From NCBI RefSeq assembly GCF_001194135.2, contig NC_068987.1, positions 38,246,131 through 38,310,130 on the forward strand: a stretch of 64,000 nucleotides of DNA, given 5' to 3'. Origin of the DNA: Octopus bimaculoides. Its lineage: Eukaryota. Shown here piece by piece: positions 36,947-50,884 of this stretch (the first letter of the stretch is position 1; every line of letters begins with the position of its first letter). Under the pieces are notes generated by a model. That model ran no database searches, was not told the origin of the DNA, and worked only from the letters and a program-made list of their open reading frames with translations. A program made the translations under genes and the position numbers.

Positions 36947-38918
36947 ATACTTTTACATTACCTTTGTATTGTACGTTTTGTTTTTTTTTTCCTCTCTGAT
37001 ATAGTATATATACACATCCTGTCCTAATGTACACGTTTTTAATATAATACATGCAAATATATAATTTCACATCAAATTGTATCATATCGTATATATTTAC
37101 CCCTTATATGTTAAATCATACTGTACGTTTATATATTGTAATGTATTATCTTAAATTGTCATATTTTTATACAACTCGGAAACTATGCATGTTTATAAAT
37201 ATTTTTAAATAAATATTTTAAACATTCATGATATTTCTAAAGTTTATATCGTTGTATATGCCTTTTTACTTTATTTTACCCTACTTTTTACACATTTAAG
37301 AGACTGAAAACTATAAATTTATTTATTGATTCTTAAAGGAATTGAACACACACACGCACACACACACACACACACNNNNNNNNNNNNNNNNNNNNNNNNN
37401 NNNNNNNNNNNNNNNNNNNNNNNNNNNNNNNNNNNNNNNNNNNNNNNNNNNNNNNNNNNNNNNNNNNNNNNNNNNACGTGTGGATCATGATATTGAGTAA
37501 GGATTCCATAAGCTGAGTATTCCATCAGCAGAGAGGGAGAAGTCATAGAAATGAAGAAATACCTCCTATCGGTGATACTAGTACTTTCCACTTTGTCAAA
37601 AATGAAGAAGGATCAGAAAGAAATAGATATGCTTTACACAGTTCCATGATCGAATAAATAATAAAATTGTATTAGCAGTTTCAGTGGTGAATATTTGATG
37701 ATAATTCATGGTAAAGGATAATGTTAGTTACCAGTTGCATTTTTGAATAGAGAGTGAATTAGGTTTGTGCAGGAATTATATACTACAGTGTGATGGAAAG
37801 ATAGAATGGTAGACGCACTAGAGTAGATATATAGTAATCAGTATTGCAGGGCATGTTTGGTGAAAGAGGTTAGGGATGTTTGCAAACAGACAGAAAGATA
37901 AGTGACAGAAAATAGCAGGTGTCATATACTCTCATCTGATACCTTACCATCAATGTTGACCAGAGTCATGAGATAGCAACAGTAAGTTCTCGAATTATAA
38001 GCCCCAACTACAGTGAGCATGATACAACTGGGGGTGAGGGGAGATTTGGGGGATTGCTCAGTTACATTGGTACTAGAAATAGATGCCAATAATATCAATC
38101 AAAATTTTTAAAATGTGTAATTGTAGTGGAAGTGTATACTCATTGGGAATAGCTGAATAAGAAATAAAAAATTTAAAACATAAAAAAAATAAGATATTTT
38201 ACTAAGTTCCAGCAGAGTGAAACTATAGGGCCCAGGGATGAAACAAATATAGTAATAATGGACACTAGACAATAGATATTTTATAAGTAACTCGGTAAAG
38301 AAATCTGGTAAATTAAATTAATTAAATATATTATGACCCAGTGTATAATTCCATAACTGGTTGAAGAGAAGGCCTAGTGGTGTTCAATTAAAAACAATAG
38401 AGTTGCAACTGAGTAGGTATTTGATTAATTATAATCCAGGTTGGATGAGTAAATATGAATTAAGGGAAAAATGAGAATCTATGAAATAAAAAGATAAAAG
38501 GATATGATGATAATGTAGATGTACTGATTTTATTGAGTTTATGTATCTAAATTATATATCACTGAGAATCAAAAGTAGTTATTTAACTACAATTAGATTT
38601 ATGGTAAAATTTAATTGATTTTAAAAATTTATAAACACACATAGAAAAAGCTTCATGTTGCTTATTCAATAATAATGTAGAGTTGTGTAGATTGTATAGA
38701 TTCCCACAAACATAACCAACATGGACATTTTGGTATGGAATGATGGACCAAGCTATATAATGTGTTGTGTTTTTGTTTTGTTTTTTTTACCTAAGGTTGT
38801 GTATATGTTCTGTAAGAGAAGTAGATATACCATGTGTTTTCTTATTTCAATGAGTTTAAATGCACAGGGTATTTTTGCTTGAAATTAAAAGTAGCTCCAT
38901 TATGTTACTCCAGTCTAC

Positions 38919-39037
38919 CAGGTGAAAATATGTATTAGCCAACTGTGCTGCCATGCTCTCTCCTTTTTGACAAACATATTCGATGTTCCGCTGGATCAAG
39001 ATTGTTAGGTCTTGGCTGATTGTTTGTCTGCTTAAGA
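38919..39037 (-). CDS. Candidate exon, unassigned (phase 1: LSRQTISQDLTILIQRNIEYVCQKGESMAAQLANTYFHL; alternative terminal frame LKQTNNQPRPNNLDPAEHRICLSKRREHGSTVG*)
   Basis: Branch-like GCTAAT plus TGTTTTGTGTACTTTTGTAG acceptor, raised GC/CpG and two open frames. The donor G|GTAGAC is weak. Confidence 0.3.
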
Positions 39038-39974
39038 CTACAAAAGTACACAAAACAATTAGCGAAAATGTGATATATGCTACTTGATCATACTCACTTT
39101 TGAATAATAGCTTAGCTTTTGTTTTCACATGCAAATATATATTTATATGTGTATGTATTTGTATATGAATACACATTTATTATTTAATGTGATAATGATG
39201 ATATATATATATATATATATGGTGGGATGAAATGGGATGGGTTGAACAAATTTCTTTAAGCAGTTCTTTACAGCTGGATGCTCTTCCTGCCACCCTGAAT
39301 CATAGACACAAAGCAAACGAATATAATAATTTATTTTATTTGCTGAGTCTTGAGGAAGAGACAGTACCTCTGCCTTCACATAGTTGCTCAGTGACTTGTG
39401 AGATTGATGCCATTTATGTAGAAAAGTCTTAAACAGAGGGAGTTCCAGAGGGCCAATGGAAGGACTTGGTGTAGTGATTAGTGTAGTACCTGGGAGAATT
39501 GGACACAACAATGGTGATGTGAAAAAGAGAGATGAGTGAACTGAGAATGCCTGAGTAGAAATGGCATGAGCCCAGCCAGCTCCAAGAAGCAACAGTCATC
39601 ATAGCATCTGTAAAAACTGCAGAGTGAAATACAAAATTTGGCAAGAGAATGGAAGATTTCTGTGAGAGACTTTATGTCAATCATTTGTATGACCTGCTGT
39701 TGGATACAGTTTAGGATATCTGTGTGTGTGTGTGTGTGTAGCAGCAGCACTTGTTTTAAAATATTCATTTTAATATGCATGTTAAGATATTCAGTTATAA
39801 TTTTTGTAAGAATCTTCAGCATTATGTTCCATACACTACCTTAATATACTATTTACTGGTTTAAAATTCACTGAAACATAGGCATTATAAGTCATAAGAC
39901 ATACGGTTACCAAAATGTAAAACTAGGTTGGTATATAAGTTGAGTAATGTCCAAATATTAGATGTACACATATA

Positions 39975-40165
39975 CACTTTTACTTGTTTCAGTCATTTTG
40001 ATTGTGACCATACTGGGGCACTGGCTTTTAGTTGAAGAAATCGACCCCAGGACTTTGTAAGCCTGATACTTATTCTATCAGTCTCTTATGCCAAACCGCT
40101 AAGTTACAGGGACGTAAACACACCAAGATCGGTTGTCAAGTGATGGTGGAGGGACAAACACAAAT

Positions 40166-40212
<47 letters not shown>

Positions 40213-40355
40213 CAACACCAAATCCACTCACGAGGCTTTCGTCGGCCTGAGGCTATAGCAGAAGACACTTGCCCAAGGTACTACATAGTGGAACTGAACC
40301 CGGAACAATGTGGCTGGGAAGCAAGCTTCTTACCTTGCAGCCACACCTGTGCCTA
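39975..40355 (-). mobile_element. SINE (second family)
   Basis: Complete reverse-complement copy with an internal CA/TA microsatellite. Confidence 0.9.
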
Positions 40356-43214
40356 TATATGTACAAATTATTAATGGAGCACTGACAAATCATTTGGTGA
40401 ATATAAAGGCAATCTGATAATTTTATAACCTCATTTACAAGTGCAACTTCAACAGAATTTAAGCCACAATTTCTTTTAGAAACACTGTGAACTCTTTCAT
40501 CTTTTTGCTTAAATATCACAGCCTATTGTCAACTCAGTAGCTTATAGTTTGATTGCTTGTGTGTGGCAAGTATCAGTCCTCTATTAATATTATGGAACCT
40601 CCAGAATACAAAAGAAGAATTCTTTACTTTTAAATTAAATTATTTATGCATGAATCAACAAAGGAAAGTGACCTGAAGATTGTAAGTTTCAAATTTGCAG
40701 TATGAGAATAATCAATATTAGAAGGCATATTTCATAGGCAGCTGATATAATCTGACAGAAATCTTACTGTTTTTATGAATCCAGCTTGTTATATGATTAC
40801 TTTGCATGCAAAATATAATTAGTTATTGACATTATAAGTATATCTTGCTGTATATTCAACTGGGATACTATATCACAGCAGGTTTTAGAGTTGTGCTAAC
40901 CCTATGATATCATTTTCATAGTCAGAGACTTTTGTTTTAATTTGAAATTTATCTTTAGTGTGTTTTTCTTCTGCAGTTAGTTCTCCATATTCCTTTTTAT
41001 CTCAAGCATACTTTTTCAGTTTGCATTACATATTCATATTAGTTCAGTTATTTGTCGGTAATCAAATCATCTCCACTGATAGATCTTATCTCTATACTTG
41101 ACTGCCAAGTATCTCCACTGTATTCCAGACTCAAAACTGCCTGAGTCAATCTCATTTATCTTCACAATGGCTGCCAACAGTCTTTAATCAAGCACAATTA
41201 GACTAGTTCACAATATAAATTTAAAAATTTCTTCCATTTGACAATGTAGTGTAGTCAGTCAGAGAACATGCTAATGTACAACATATCCATGTTGCAATAC
41301 ATTTGAACTGATTCCAGATACTTTATTGACTGTTTACTTACCATACACTGTCACAGAGCTAATGAGCATATTCAACAAAAATAATAACTACAGCTGGTAC
41401 CACCTCAGTTTACATTTAATCTTTTCTTCAAATATCATACTTTACACTTCATTTTATTCTATAATTTTTTTCTCATCTCCCAATCTTTGTCACCTCAGTC
41501 CATATTTCTGGTACATTCTACAGCACAGACTGTATCTGGGAGAAAGAATTCCTGTTGTTGTGGTTGTTATTATTTAATCCCAGGTCAGATCTGATTCAGC
41601 AAAACAATTATCAAAACCATTCTGTAACCGTCTCATCTTTTTATATATCTAGGACTACATTGTCCTTTTAGTAAGACAGAAATGGATGACCTGAGGAAAT
41701 TCAGTTGCTATTTCTAACAGATTAGTCAACCACATAGAAGTCATCTTGTTGGCTCAAAATTCCTTATTTTAATTAACTGTGACAGGAACTCTTCCACCTC
41801 TTCCCATAGAATACATTTTGCAAACCATATGATGTCTTCTGTATGTGTATATGCAGTTAACAGTTTCAGCATGAGTTCCTGGGAGTGTATATTTCTTATG
41901 CATATTATCAATGTTCACATATTTTGAATTTATTCTGGCTGGATAGGTGGTAAGATCAATAAAGAGTCATGCTTGCAATTTCACAGTTCAAACTGTTGTT
42001 TGTGCATGCAAAGGAAGAAGGAAATTTCCTTGATGTTCAACATGTCAGCTATTACACATGGTTTTTAGCTAAGGCTGGATATACTGATAAAATTGAGTCC
42101 ATTTCCAATAAGCAAGTTGTTATTCCCCCTAGGGTTGATTTGCTGTATTCCCTAGCATGTATGCTGATAATACTTTAAATCTTAATTACAATAACAATTG
42201 AATTCATTGTGGCTTCAACACCATTGATTACATGGTCAAGCATGTGTCTAGCTTGAGTGGGAATTGTTATAAAATTAATGTGGGAAAAACAGTCCCCATT
42301 GACATTAATAAGAGCATTTCTCTAGTTAAGAATGTAACTGACTCAAGTACACTTAAAACTTATCTCCAGAACCAAAATCCATACACTTGTAGATGGAATG
42401 ACCATCCTATAGCTAATATGAGTAGCAGGATTAAATGTCAGAACACTAAGCTTAATGATAATCACAGCACTGGAAACTCTTATTCTATATCAGATTAGAT
42501 TATTCACTACAGTAATAATAATAATAAAATGCATAGGTTATGTAAGCATAATATTTTATGGCTTAACTCCTCTTCTGACTGCAAGTGGCCGCATTGTGTA
42601 AGCCTGCAATTTCTGAGCATTAGAAAAGCACTTTCTAGTTAAATATTAATTATTTCATAAGCACACTTAGATTTATGTAATTCACCATATCTAATTTAAC
42701 TGATAATATAGTCTTTATAAATAAGAAGAAATTAAATGATATTAAAAATTACACCCACAATTCTAATTGTCCTGTTAGGTTGTCTTTATCTAGCTCCTGT
42801 GTTAATAATAAATCTTAATCTACTATTGATTTTGTGCCTCCTTCTAACAATAACTTTAGTAACAATACAACCAATAATTTTTGTGTATCTGTAGGGATTG
42901 ATATAATTGCACTTTGATTAACTAGTGCATCATCATCATCATCATTTAACATACCTCTAAACAAATTTAGTATATAAATCTTCTGTCCAGACACCCAATA
43001 AAGTATATTGTTATATGAGTGCTACAGTATCAAAATTCAAGTCATGACAGTTATCACATGCATTTTTCAATGATAGACACAATTTACATAATTCATCATT
43101 AGCAAAATTTACCTAGGACCTTGAAAATAGAAATATTGATTACTCTATTTCATGGTCAATTTTACAGACAGGATTTCATATAAAGTGAGTGGAAGTAGTT
43201 GTACTTTAATTTAC

Positions 43215-44560
43215 ATAGAGGTAAGTGCCATGGACCAAATCTGTGGCTGGTGCAAAGTCCCTTCCAGTCCTAGGGTAATGTGGTGGTAGACCAATGCAGT
43301 AGACAGGGCCATTAGAGCAAATAAACAGCCCTGGGGGTAGCAGGGAACTGTATCAGAAAACCAGAAAGGAAGTTAGGAGACGTATATATAGCCAAGAGAG
43401 AATCAGAAAAGAAGTTTACCAATGTTCAGCGATGCAAGGACCAAAGAACTGACGTATTTCCGATTGCAAGACCATGTGTGAGAGAAAATTGTGATGCCAT
43501 AGGAGAGAAATGTGTCCACATGGATGATGGTGCACTTGCACTTAATGATTCTGCAAAGAAAGAGGCTTGGAGACGCCATTATGAAAGACTGCTGAATGTG
43601 GAGAATGAATGGGAGAAGGAGAGCCTGCCAAAGGTTGACCTAACTGAGGGACCAGCTACCCAAATCGACAGTACCCTGGTAGATAAAGCAATTAAGGATA
43701 TGAAGACAGGGAAAGCCCCCAGCCCATCAGGAATCTCCACTGAGATGCTTAAAATATCTGGTGGTGTGGGTTATGGTCTAGTCACTTGTATCATAAATTA
43801 GGTAGTACACAAAGGAGTCATACCCAATGACTGGTGTAGCAGCACCATAGTCAACTGCTACAAAGGTAAAGGTGATGTTTTAGATAGAAATAACTACAGG
43901 GGTATCAAATTGCTGGATCAGGTGATGAAAGCCACGGAGAGGGTCATAGCCCAACTAATTAGGGAGAGAGTTAGACTAGATGTGATGCAGTTTGGTTTTG
44001 TATCAGGTAGAAGCACCACTGATGCTGTATTTCTAGAAAGACAACTTCAGGAGAAATATCTAGCCAAAGATAAACCTCTGTACTTGGCTTTTGTTGAGAG
44101 AAAGCCTCTGACAGGGTCCCCCGATCTCTTATCTGGTGGGCAATGTGGAACTAGGGATAGTTGAGTGATTGGTTAGAGCTATACAAGCCCTGTACAGGGA
44201 TGCTGTCAGTAAGGTGAGGGTTGGCAATGAGTATAGTGAAGAATTCTGGGTAGAAGTAGGGGTTCACCAAGGATCAGCCCTCAGCCCCCTCTTATTCATC
44301 ATAGTCCTCCAGGCAATAACAGAGGAATTCAAGACAGGCTGCACCTGGGAGCTCCTGTAGGCTGATGACCTTGCTCTAATAGCTGAGTCACTACCAGAAC
44401 TAGAGGTGAAGTTTTAGGTGAGGAAGCAAGGTCTAGAATCGAAGGGCCTTAGAGTTAATCTAGCGAAAACCAAAGTAGGAAGGCAGACAAATCATAAATC
44501 CATTCAGGTAGATGGCTCTGCTCAATCTGTAAAAATGGCATAGGTAGAAACTCTATAAGT
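43215..44560 (+). mobile_element. RTE LINE internal fragment (linker plus RT), decayed
   Basis: AWRRHYERLLNVENEW..KTGKAPSPSGI..YKGKGD..YRGIKLLDQVMK..QFGF..STTDA..GVHQGSALSPLLFIIV..ELL*ADDL. Confidence 0.92.
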
Positions 44561-44589
44561 TGTTCACACCAATTTAATAAAACCTTTCA

Positions 44590-44880
44590 AAGATGATTCT
44601 GGGTTCAGTCCTACTGCATAGCACATTAGGCAAGTGTACTATAGCTTCAGGCTGACCAAAGCCTTATGATTGGGTTTGGTAGACAGAAACTGAGTGTGTT
44701 CTCCACCAGTTTGACAACTGGTGTTGTTGTGTTTATGTCTCTGTACCATAGTGGTTCAGCAAAAGAGACTATAAGTTGCAGGCTTTAAAAAAAAAATGTA
44801 CTGGGGTTGATCCATGCGACTGAAATTCTTCAGCTATCCATAGTTTAATGACTGAAACAAGTAAGAGATAAAAGATTATA
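44590..44880 (+). mobile_element. SINE (second family), decayed
   Basis: GGGTTCAGTCCTACTGC..GGCAAGTG..GACTGAAACAAGTAAGAGAT. Confidence 0.75.
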
Positions 44881-45300
44881 TAAAATTAGATACTCGTTTC
44901 TAATACTGAATTCAATTTTTACTGTTCCTATTACTCTCCTCTAATCCACACTTATAATTTTGCAGCCCCTTCTAATCTTTTTATAAAGATGTTAAATACT
45001 TTCTCGAATATTAATTATCTACTTATTATCTTGTTCCAAATTATCTTAATGATTCCCACTTCAGTCTTTCACTTTCTTGTATAACCATGTACTGATTCAG
45101 TATATTATAATACTTTTATTATTTTATTTTATTATATTAGTGTATTATTATATCTTGACTATAATTTGACTTGGTATTTTCAACTTCATCGGATGTTAGT
45201 CAGCTGCATTAGTTGTGCATCCTTACACAATCTTTCTACTTTCCCATCTATCTTTTCTTCATCATTCTTTTATACATTTTTTATCTCCTTATCTCTCTCA

Positions 45301-45341
<41 letters not shown>

Positions 45342-45675
45342 GGTTCTCTAGATATACCCATTCCCCCTAATTGATGCCTCTTTGGGAATATTTTTGTGTT
45401 TGTTGTTACCCACATTTGAATACCTTCCACTTAGACAATCTACTACAGTATCCACCATTTGTCTCATCTATGTTTCTATCCCTAGTATCACTATCACTAT
45501 TGTCTAATTGTATATGCACCTTTCAGTATTTGTCCCTGCCCCCATGCTTTGCAACTGATGTTTGTTTTTCTACATCCCCATAATATTGTGGATCAACAAA
45601 AGTTGACCAATAGGATAAGTACCAAACATAAAACCCTTCAAGGTGGTATCCCGGCATACATACATATATACATAC

Positions 45676-45913
45676 TCTTATATCCTTAAGTTTGGATATA
45701 GACTACACTGTAACAGTGTTATAACACTACAAAAAATAAATCAGTAACAAACACATGACAAATTTATCTCTTCTCAACAACTTCTACGACTGCCTTTACG
45801 AAGGCAACTGCACACACCACACTGTACATCCACTGTCAGTACGCATGCACCTTTACAAGGTTTAGAACAGTTCACTTGCTATCCTGCAGGAGTATCAGGA
45901 TTTCACCACAACA
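45676..45913 (-). repeat. 3' LTR (238 bp)
   Basis: Starts TGTTGTGGTGAAATCC on minus, directly after the PPT. Confidence 0.92.
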
Positions 45914-48900
45914 TCTCCCCTTTTGAGCTTGACTTTCCTTGGAAGTCAATATTTTTCTTTTATTCATTATATATTTATTACCACCTCCTCCCTCTTTTCG
46001 TTTACTTAATTCCCTAGGAAGAAATTGGAATATTTTTTCGTTTTGGCTCTACTTGCAAAAGTTCTGTTTGTTTTCTTTTCCTAGTCATTGTACTCAGTTC
46101 AACAATTCCTTGAGGTACCGGGACATCAAAAATGTCATAAAGAAATTCCATTGGTTCTTCTTGTCTTATTCTTTCTTCTGTAAACCGTTTTTTTCAGTTG
46201 GTTTAAATGTCTTTTGTGTTCCCACATATAACATTTTACTATGTACATTATTTTTCCTAAATGTTTACTTATTATACCTTCTTCCCAAGTTTCTTTTCTA
46301 TTTCTGTATATTTTAAAAAAAGCACTTTGTCACCAATTTTGAATTATTTTATCATATTTTCTCTGTTTCTCTCCATTTTTTTTTTCTTCCCAGTAGTAAT
46401 TTGTCAAACGCTGACCTGACTTTCCTAGCGAACATTAGTTCAGCTGGTGACATATCTGAAGTGGTGTTGAGATTAGGTGTTATTCGGGAGACACTTAAGA
46501 ATTGCCTCAGTGCAGTATCAGCTAGTAGCTCATTCCTAGATTTTTTCAGCGCCCTCTTAAACGTGTCTACAAAACATTCTGCTAGTTCATTCAATCTCAG
46601 ATGGTATGGCAGAGTAGTAATATGCTCCATTGCATGCATTTCGCAAAAGTTTTAAAATTCCTTCGCCATGAGCTGTGTTCCATTATCAGACACTATAGTG
46701 TCTGGGACACCATATCACACAAAAAGTTCATCCAGAAATTCTATTGTTACTTTGGAGGTTGGCTTCCTACATTACATATTTCTGGCCATTTCGTGTAACT
46801 ATCCACCTCTATTAGATAATACCCTCCATTTAACAGTCCTGTGAAATCTTTGTGTAATCTGAACCAATTTATTTCAGTCTTGGGTAGTAATCTGTCTCAA
46901 GACTGAATTTCCTTCCATGTATGAATTTGTGAAATTTTTTCACCACAAAAATAATGGCTAATGCCTCTTTCTCTGTAGTTTTTTGTAGCCACCAACAATG
47001 AACGTGAAGCATGAGTTACCCTTTTCATACTTGTGTAAAATTACCACTCCTATACCAATAGTAGTAGCATCTGATGCTACTACTATTTTAAAATTTGGAT
47101 CAAAGTGCAATAATGACAGTTCCAATGTTAAAACTTTTTTAATTTCTTTAAACGCCTGTCCAACCAATACCATTTAACATCGTTTTTCAATAGGTTGTTT
47201 AGGAGTGCTCTTAGTTCATGCATATTTGGTATATATATTTGGTAATACTTTGTGAGCCCCAAGAACACTTGTAGCATTGTAATATTTTGTGGGGAGGCAT
47301 ACTTTTTATTGCAGTTGATCTTGAAGGATCTGGCCTGTGGCCATTTTTATTGATAGCACTTTATTTTTGGCATGAAAAATTCGCATTTTTTCCTCATTAT
47401 GTTTAAATCCATACTCCTTTATTCTTTCAAAGACCTTTTTAACATGTTCCTCATGCTGGCCTTGAGACTCAATTTTTATGAGTATGTCATCTAAATAAGC
47501 TATAGTTAAATCTGTATCTGCAAGTATAGTGTCCATCACCTGTTGAAAAATACTAGGTGCCATCTTTATCCCAAAAGGAAGTTGATTGAATTTATATAAA
47601 CCTTTATGGGTGTTTATGGTTAATAATTTTGAACATTCCTCCTTGACTTGTAACTGTAAATACACCTCCAACAAGTCCAACTTTGAAAAAAATTTTCCTC
47701 CATTGAATTTCGCAAAAATTTCCTCTGGACCTGGTAATGGGTAATTATATGTCATCAAACATTCGTTCAAGCCTGTTGAAAAGTCAGCACATACTCGAAT
47801 TTTATTATATTTTTTCTTTAGATAAACAGTTGGTGATGCCCATTCTGAGTAATCAATTTTTTCTATAACTCTAAGATTTTCAAGTCTATCCCATTCCTCA
47901 TTGACTTGATTCAAAGCCGTGAAAGGTACAGCTCACTTCGGTTTAAATACCAGTACAGTGTTTTCCTTCACTTGAAATTTTACTTTTGTCTTGGTGCACC
48001 TACCTAATTCTTCAGGAAAAACGTCAGGAAAAATCTTTTTTAATTTCTTTTTTAAATCCTCTGATGCCTTATTTGAACTGGCATAAGAACCGTTTACATT
48101 ATCACAAAAAATTTTTATGGGGAGGTCCCATAAATTAAATAGTTCCATCCAGTCTCTGCCAAATAGGTTTGTCATATTTTTTAATACAAAAATTTTGGCT
48201 TTCAAAGTTTTTCCACGAAATGTTACCTCATTTATCATTTCGCCTAAAAATTGCAACTGTTTCCCTGAAATACCTCACACAATTTTCAAAAGTTTTTTCA
48301 ATGTAGGCTTTCTTATTTTACTCCACTTATCATCGTTAATTATTGTGATATCACTACCTGTGTCCAACTGTAGTCTTGTATTCACATTATTTATTTTTAT
48401 GGAGACAAATTTTCTTTTTTGTACCTCACTTTGCATTTGTGTTGACAATACTTTTTTTCTCAAATTTTTTTCCATTAGACTTCTTTCGTTTTACGCAACA
48501 ATGTGAATTCTTATGTCTGATTTTTCCACATCCAAAACATTTTAAATTTTTAGAAGGACAGTTTCTTTTAAAATGTATTTCTCCACGCCCATAGCATGGT
48601 TTGGGTCTTGACTGTTGTTTTTCTTTTTTTTTTATCTGTTATAGATCGACACGTATGTATATTTGAATAATCTTTTTCAGTTTTTTCTGCGTCCTGTTGT
48701 AAATTTATAATCCTTTGGAATTCTTCAGCCACTGCCTGTAGAGTTAGTTTTGAATCTTATTGTAGTTTTGTCAATATCTGAACCTGTATCTCTGCATCTT
48801 TGCTTGCAGTTAATCCTTGTACAAAGATTAGACATTTGAACATATGCGGGGTTAATTTGTTTAGTTTGAATTTTTCACATTCTCTGTTTATGATTTTGAC

Positions 48901-49429
48901 ATATGTGATAAAATCTTCAGTTTCTTTTCTTTTTTGCAAATTCAAGCACTCTTTCGCTGAATATTTTAGATAACAGGTTAATTGTTTCCTCGAAACAAAT
49001 TTCGGATGGTTTTCTCAGCAGGATGTAATTACAATACTTTCCATGTTCTTCGGATGATAATTTCCTTAAAAGTCGTGCCTTCTTTTTGTTCGTCCAGTTT
49101 CTACATTCTTCTTTGAAAATTCCTTCATACCTTCTGAAGTATGCAGAAAACGTAATCCAATCAGGATTATAAGTAAATTCTTCAATTCAATTAGCAACCC
49201 CATCTGCTGAAAATGAACCTGAAGTGTTTTGGGGCTGCAGCATAATTCCAACAACTGTTGATTTTGCTGTTGTTGTATACATATATATACATATATATAT
49301 ACATTGTTGTTATATACATATATATACGTCGTTGCAGCTGTTCTGTTGTTGTTGCAACTGTACCACAAAAACTAATAGGTCTTCCATGCTAAGAACGTCC
49401 ACAGTGAGCTTCGAATGTCTCGTCGCCAC

Positions 49430-49677
49430 TATTATATCCTTGAATTTGGATATAGACTACACTGTATGTTATAACAGGGTTATAATACAACAAAAACTAA
49501 ATCAGTAACAAACATGTAACAAACTTATATCTCTTCTCAATGACTTCTGCGACTGCCTTCACAAATGCAACTGTACACACCACACTGTACGTCACACAGT
49601 CAGTGCGCATGCACCTTTATAAAGTTTAGGGTACTTCACTTGCTATCCCACAGGGGTGTCAGGATTTCACCACAGCA
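49430..49677 (-). repeat. 5' LTR (248 bp)
   Basis: Starts TGCTGTGGTGAAATCC and is followed by the PBS. Roughly 80-85% identical to the 3' LTR by eye. Confidence 0.92.
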
Positions 49678-50759
49678 CATACATATATGATGTTTGCAAT
49701 TCAGTTTTGAGCAATACCATCATTTGGCTGTTCTCTTAAACATGAACAGTACAGATGTAACTTGTCAGGCCTGCAAGAGATCTACATTCTTTTGCATGAA
49801 TGTGGTCATGATGGGTGCCTCTTGCAGTAGATGTGCAGAGAGCTTATCACTCATGCTGACATGCCTTCATTTCATCATAGAACTTTCCATTGGGTGTTTT
49901 GCGGGGGTTTTTTTCACTGCTGACAGCCACAGTATCCAACACATAATAGAGATGTAAAGAAAGATGTTAAAACTCAAGAAATGCCTGTGTTTGAAGCTTT
50001 TTAAAGTGAGGAAAAGGCCTTGCACAGGGCCAATCTCACACTCTGAACAATGCATGTATTTGCTCCAAAAAGAAGTAGTGAACATTATTGGAAGCAAATG
50101 AAGGTGCTGGTGTTATATCAAGGTTTTCCTTCTCCTAAAGAGATGTCTAAACAAGCAAAGACATCACACTCAAATGTTGAACAGCCATTGACTTTACTAA
50201 ATTCATCTGCCCTTTGACAGATATAACTTAGTACAACTTGTCATATTGTCAGGTCATTAACAGCTAAACCACTAGCCCTACCAAGCTTGTTTGGTATGGG
50301 GGTGGTTTTCACTGGACACTTTGCAAGGTGAAAATCAAAACATTATGTGTGTGTGTGAGGGGGTGTGTATGTATGTAAGTATATATATGTTTTCCTCTGC
50401 CTATCCATCTGTCTGTCTATCTCAGGGTTAGATCAAGATGATTGGAAGTCATTTTTTTTTTATCCTTTAATAAGGAAACAAGGCAGTGTCCATAGCACCA
50501 CCATCTGACACCAAATGTACCAGGTAGTAATGTTACAGACATTACCTTCCAGAGGTAGTGCCCAAGGTGACAGGTTGTGTTGTTAGACTGTGTGATCTGG
50601 TAGATTGTGTAACCAAGTAGGCCATGGTGGGATTTTAATTTAGAAGGCAAAGAAACAGCAAATATCATAAGACATATGGCACATTGTTCTTTTAATTCTG
50701 CAAGTCTGCTGCCTCTATTATTCTGCAATTTTTTATTTTTTTTATTTTTATTTTTTTAT

Positions 50760-50884
50760 CAATTCCAATAGAATGAATGGCAAAAATTTACCTTCTGCAA
50801 AATTTGAACTCAGTGGGAAAAGAATCAGAACAAATACTGTGAGCTATTCTGTTTGTCTCAAACAACTCTGCCAATTTGCTGCCT
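50760..50884 (-). mobile_element. Nin-type SINE fragment
   Basis: GGCAGCAAATTGGCAGAGTTG head and CTGAGTTCAAATT motif on minus. Confidence 0.65.

Larger units (their letters stand above)
45676..49677 (-). mobile_element. Complete but decayed Ty3/Gypsy (Mag-like) provirus
   Basis: Two LTRs, TSD CATAC on both sides (45671-45675, 49678-49682), PBS TGGCGACGAG and PPT AAAAGGGGAGA. Domain order is gag, protease (LDTGSDITII), RT (EWASPTV, LPFGI, YLDDILI), RNase H (VASDA) and integrase (AECFVDTFKRAL), with stops and frameshifts. Confidence 0.95.

Noticed and set aside
41940-42500. ORFs 41969-42178 and 42232-42498, and similar GC-richer tracts at 37700-38420, 49690-50240 and 58920-59450
   Set aside because: No recognisable motifs or convincing splice pairs; probably ancient LINE debris that I cannot classify.
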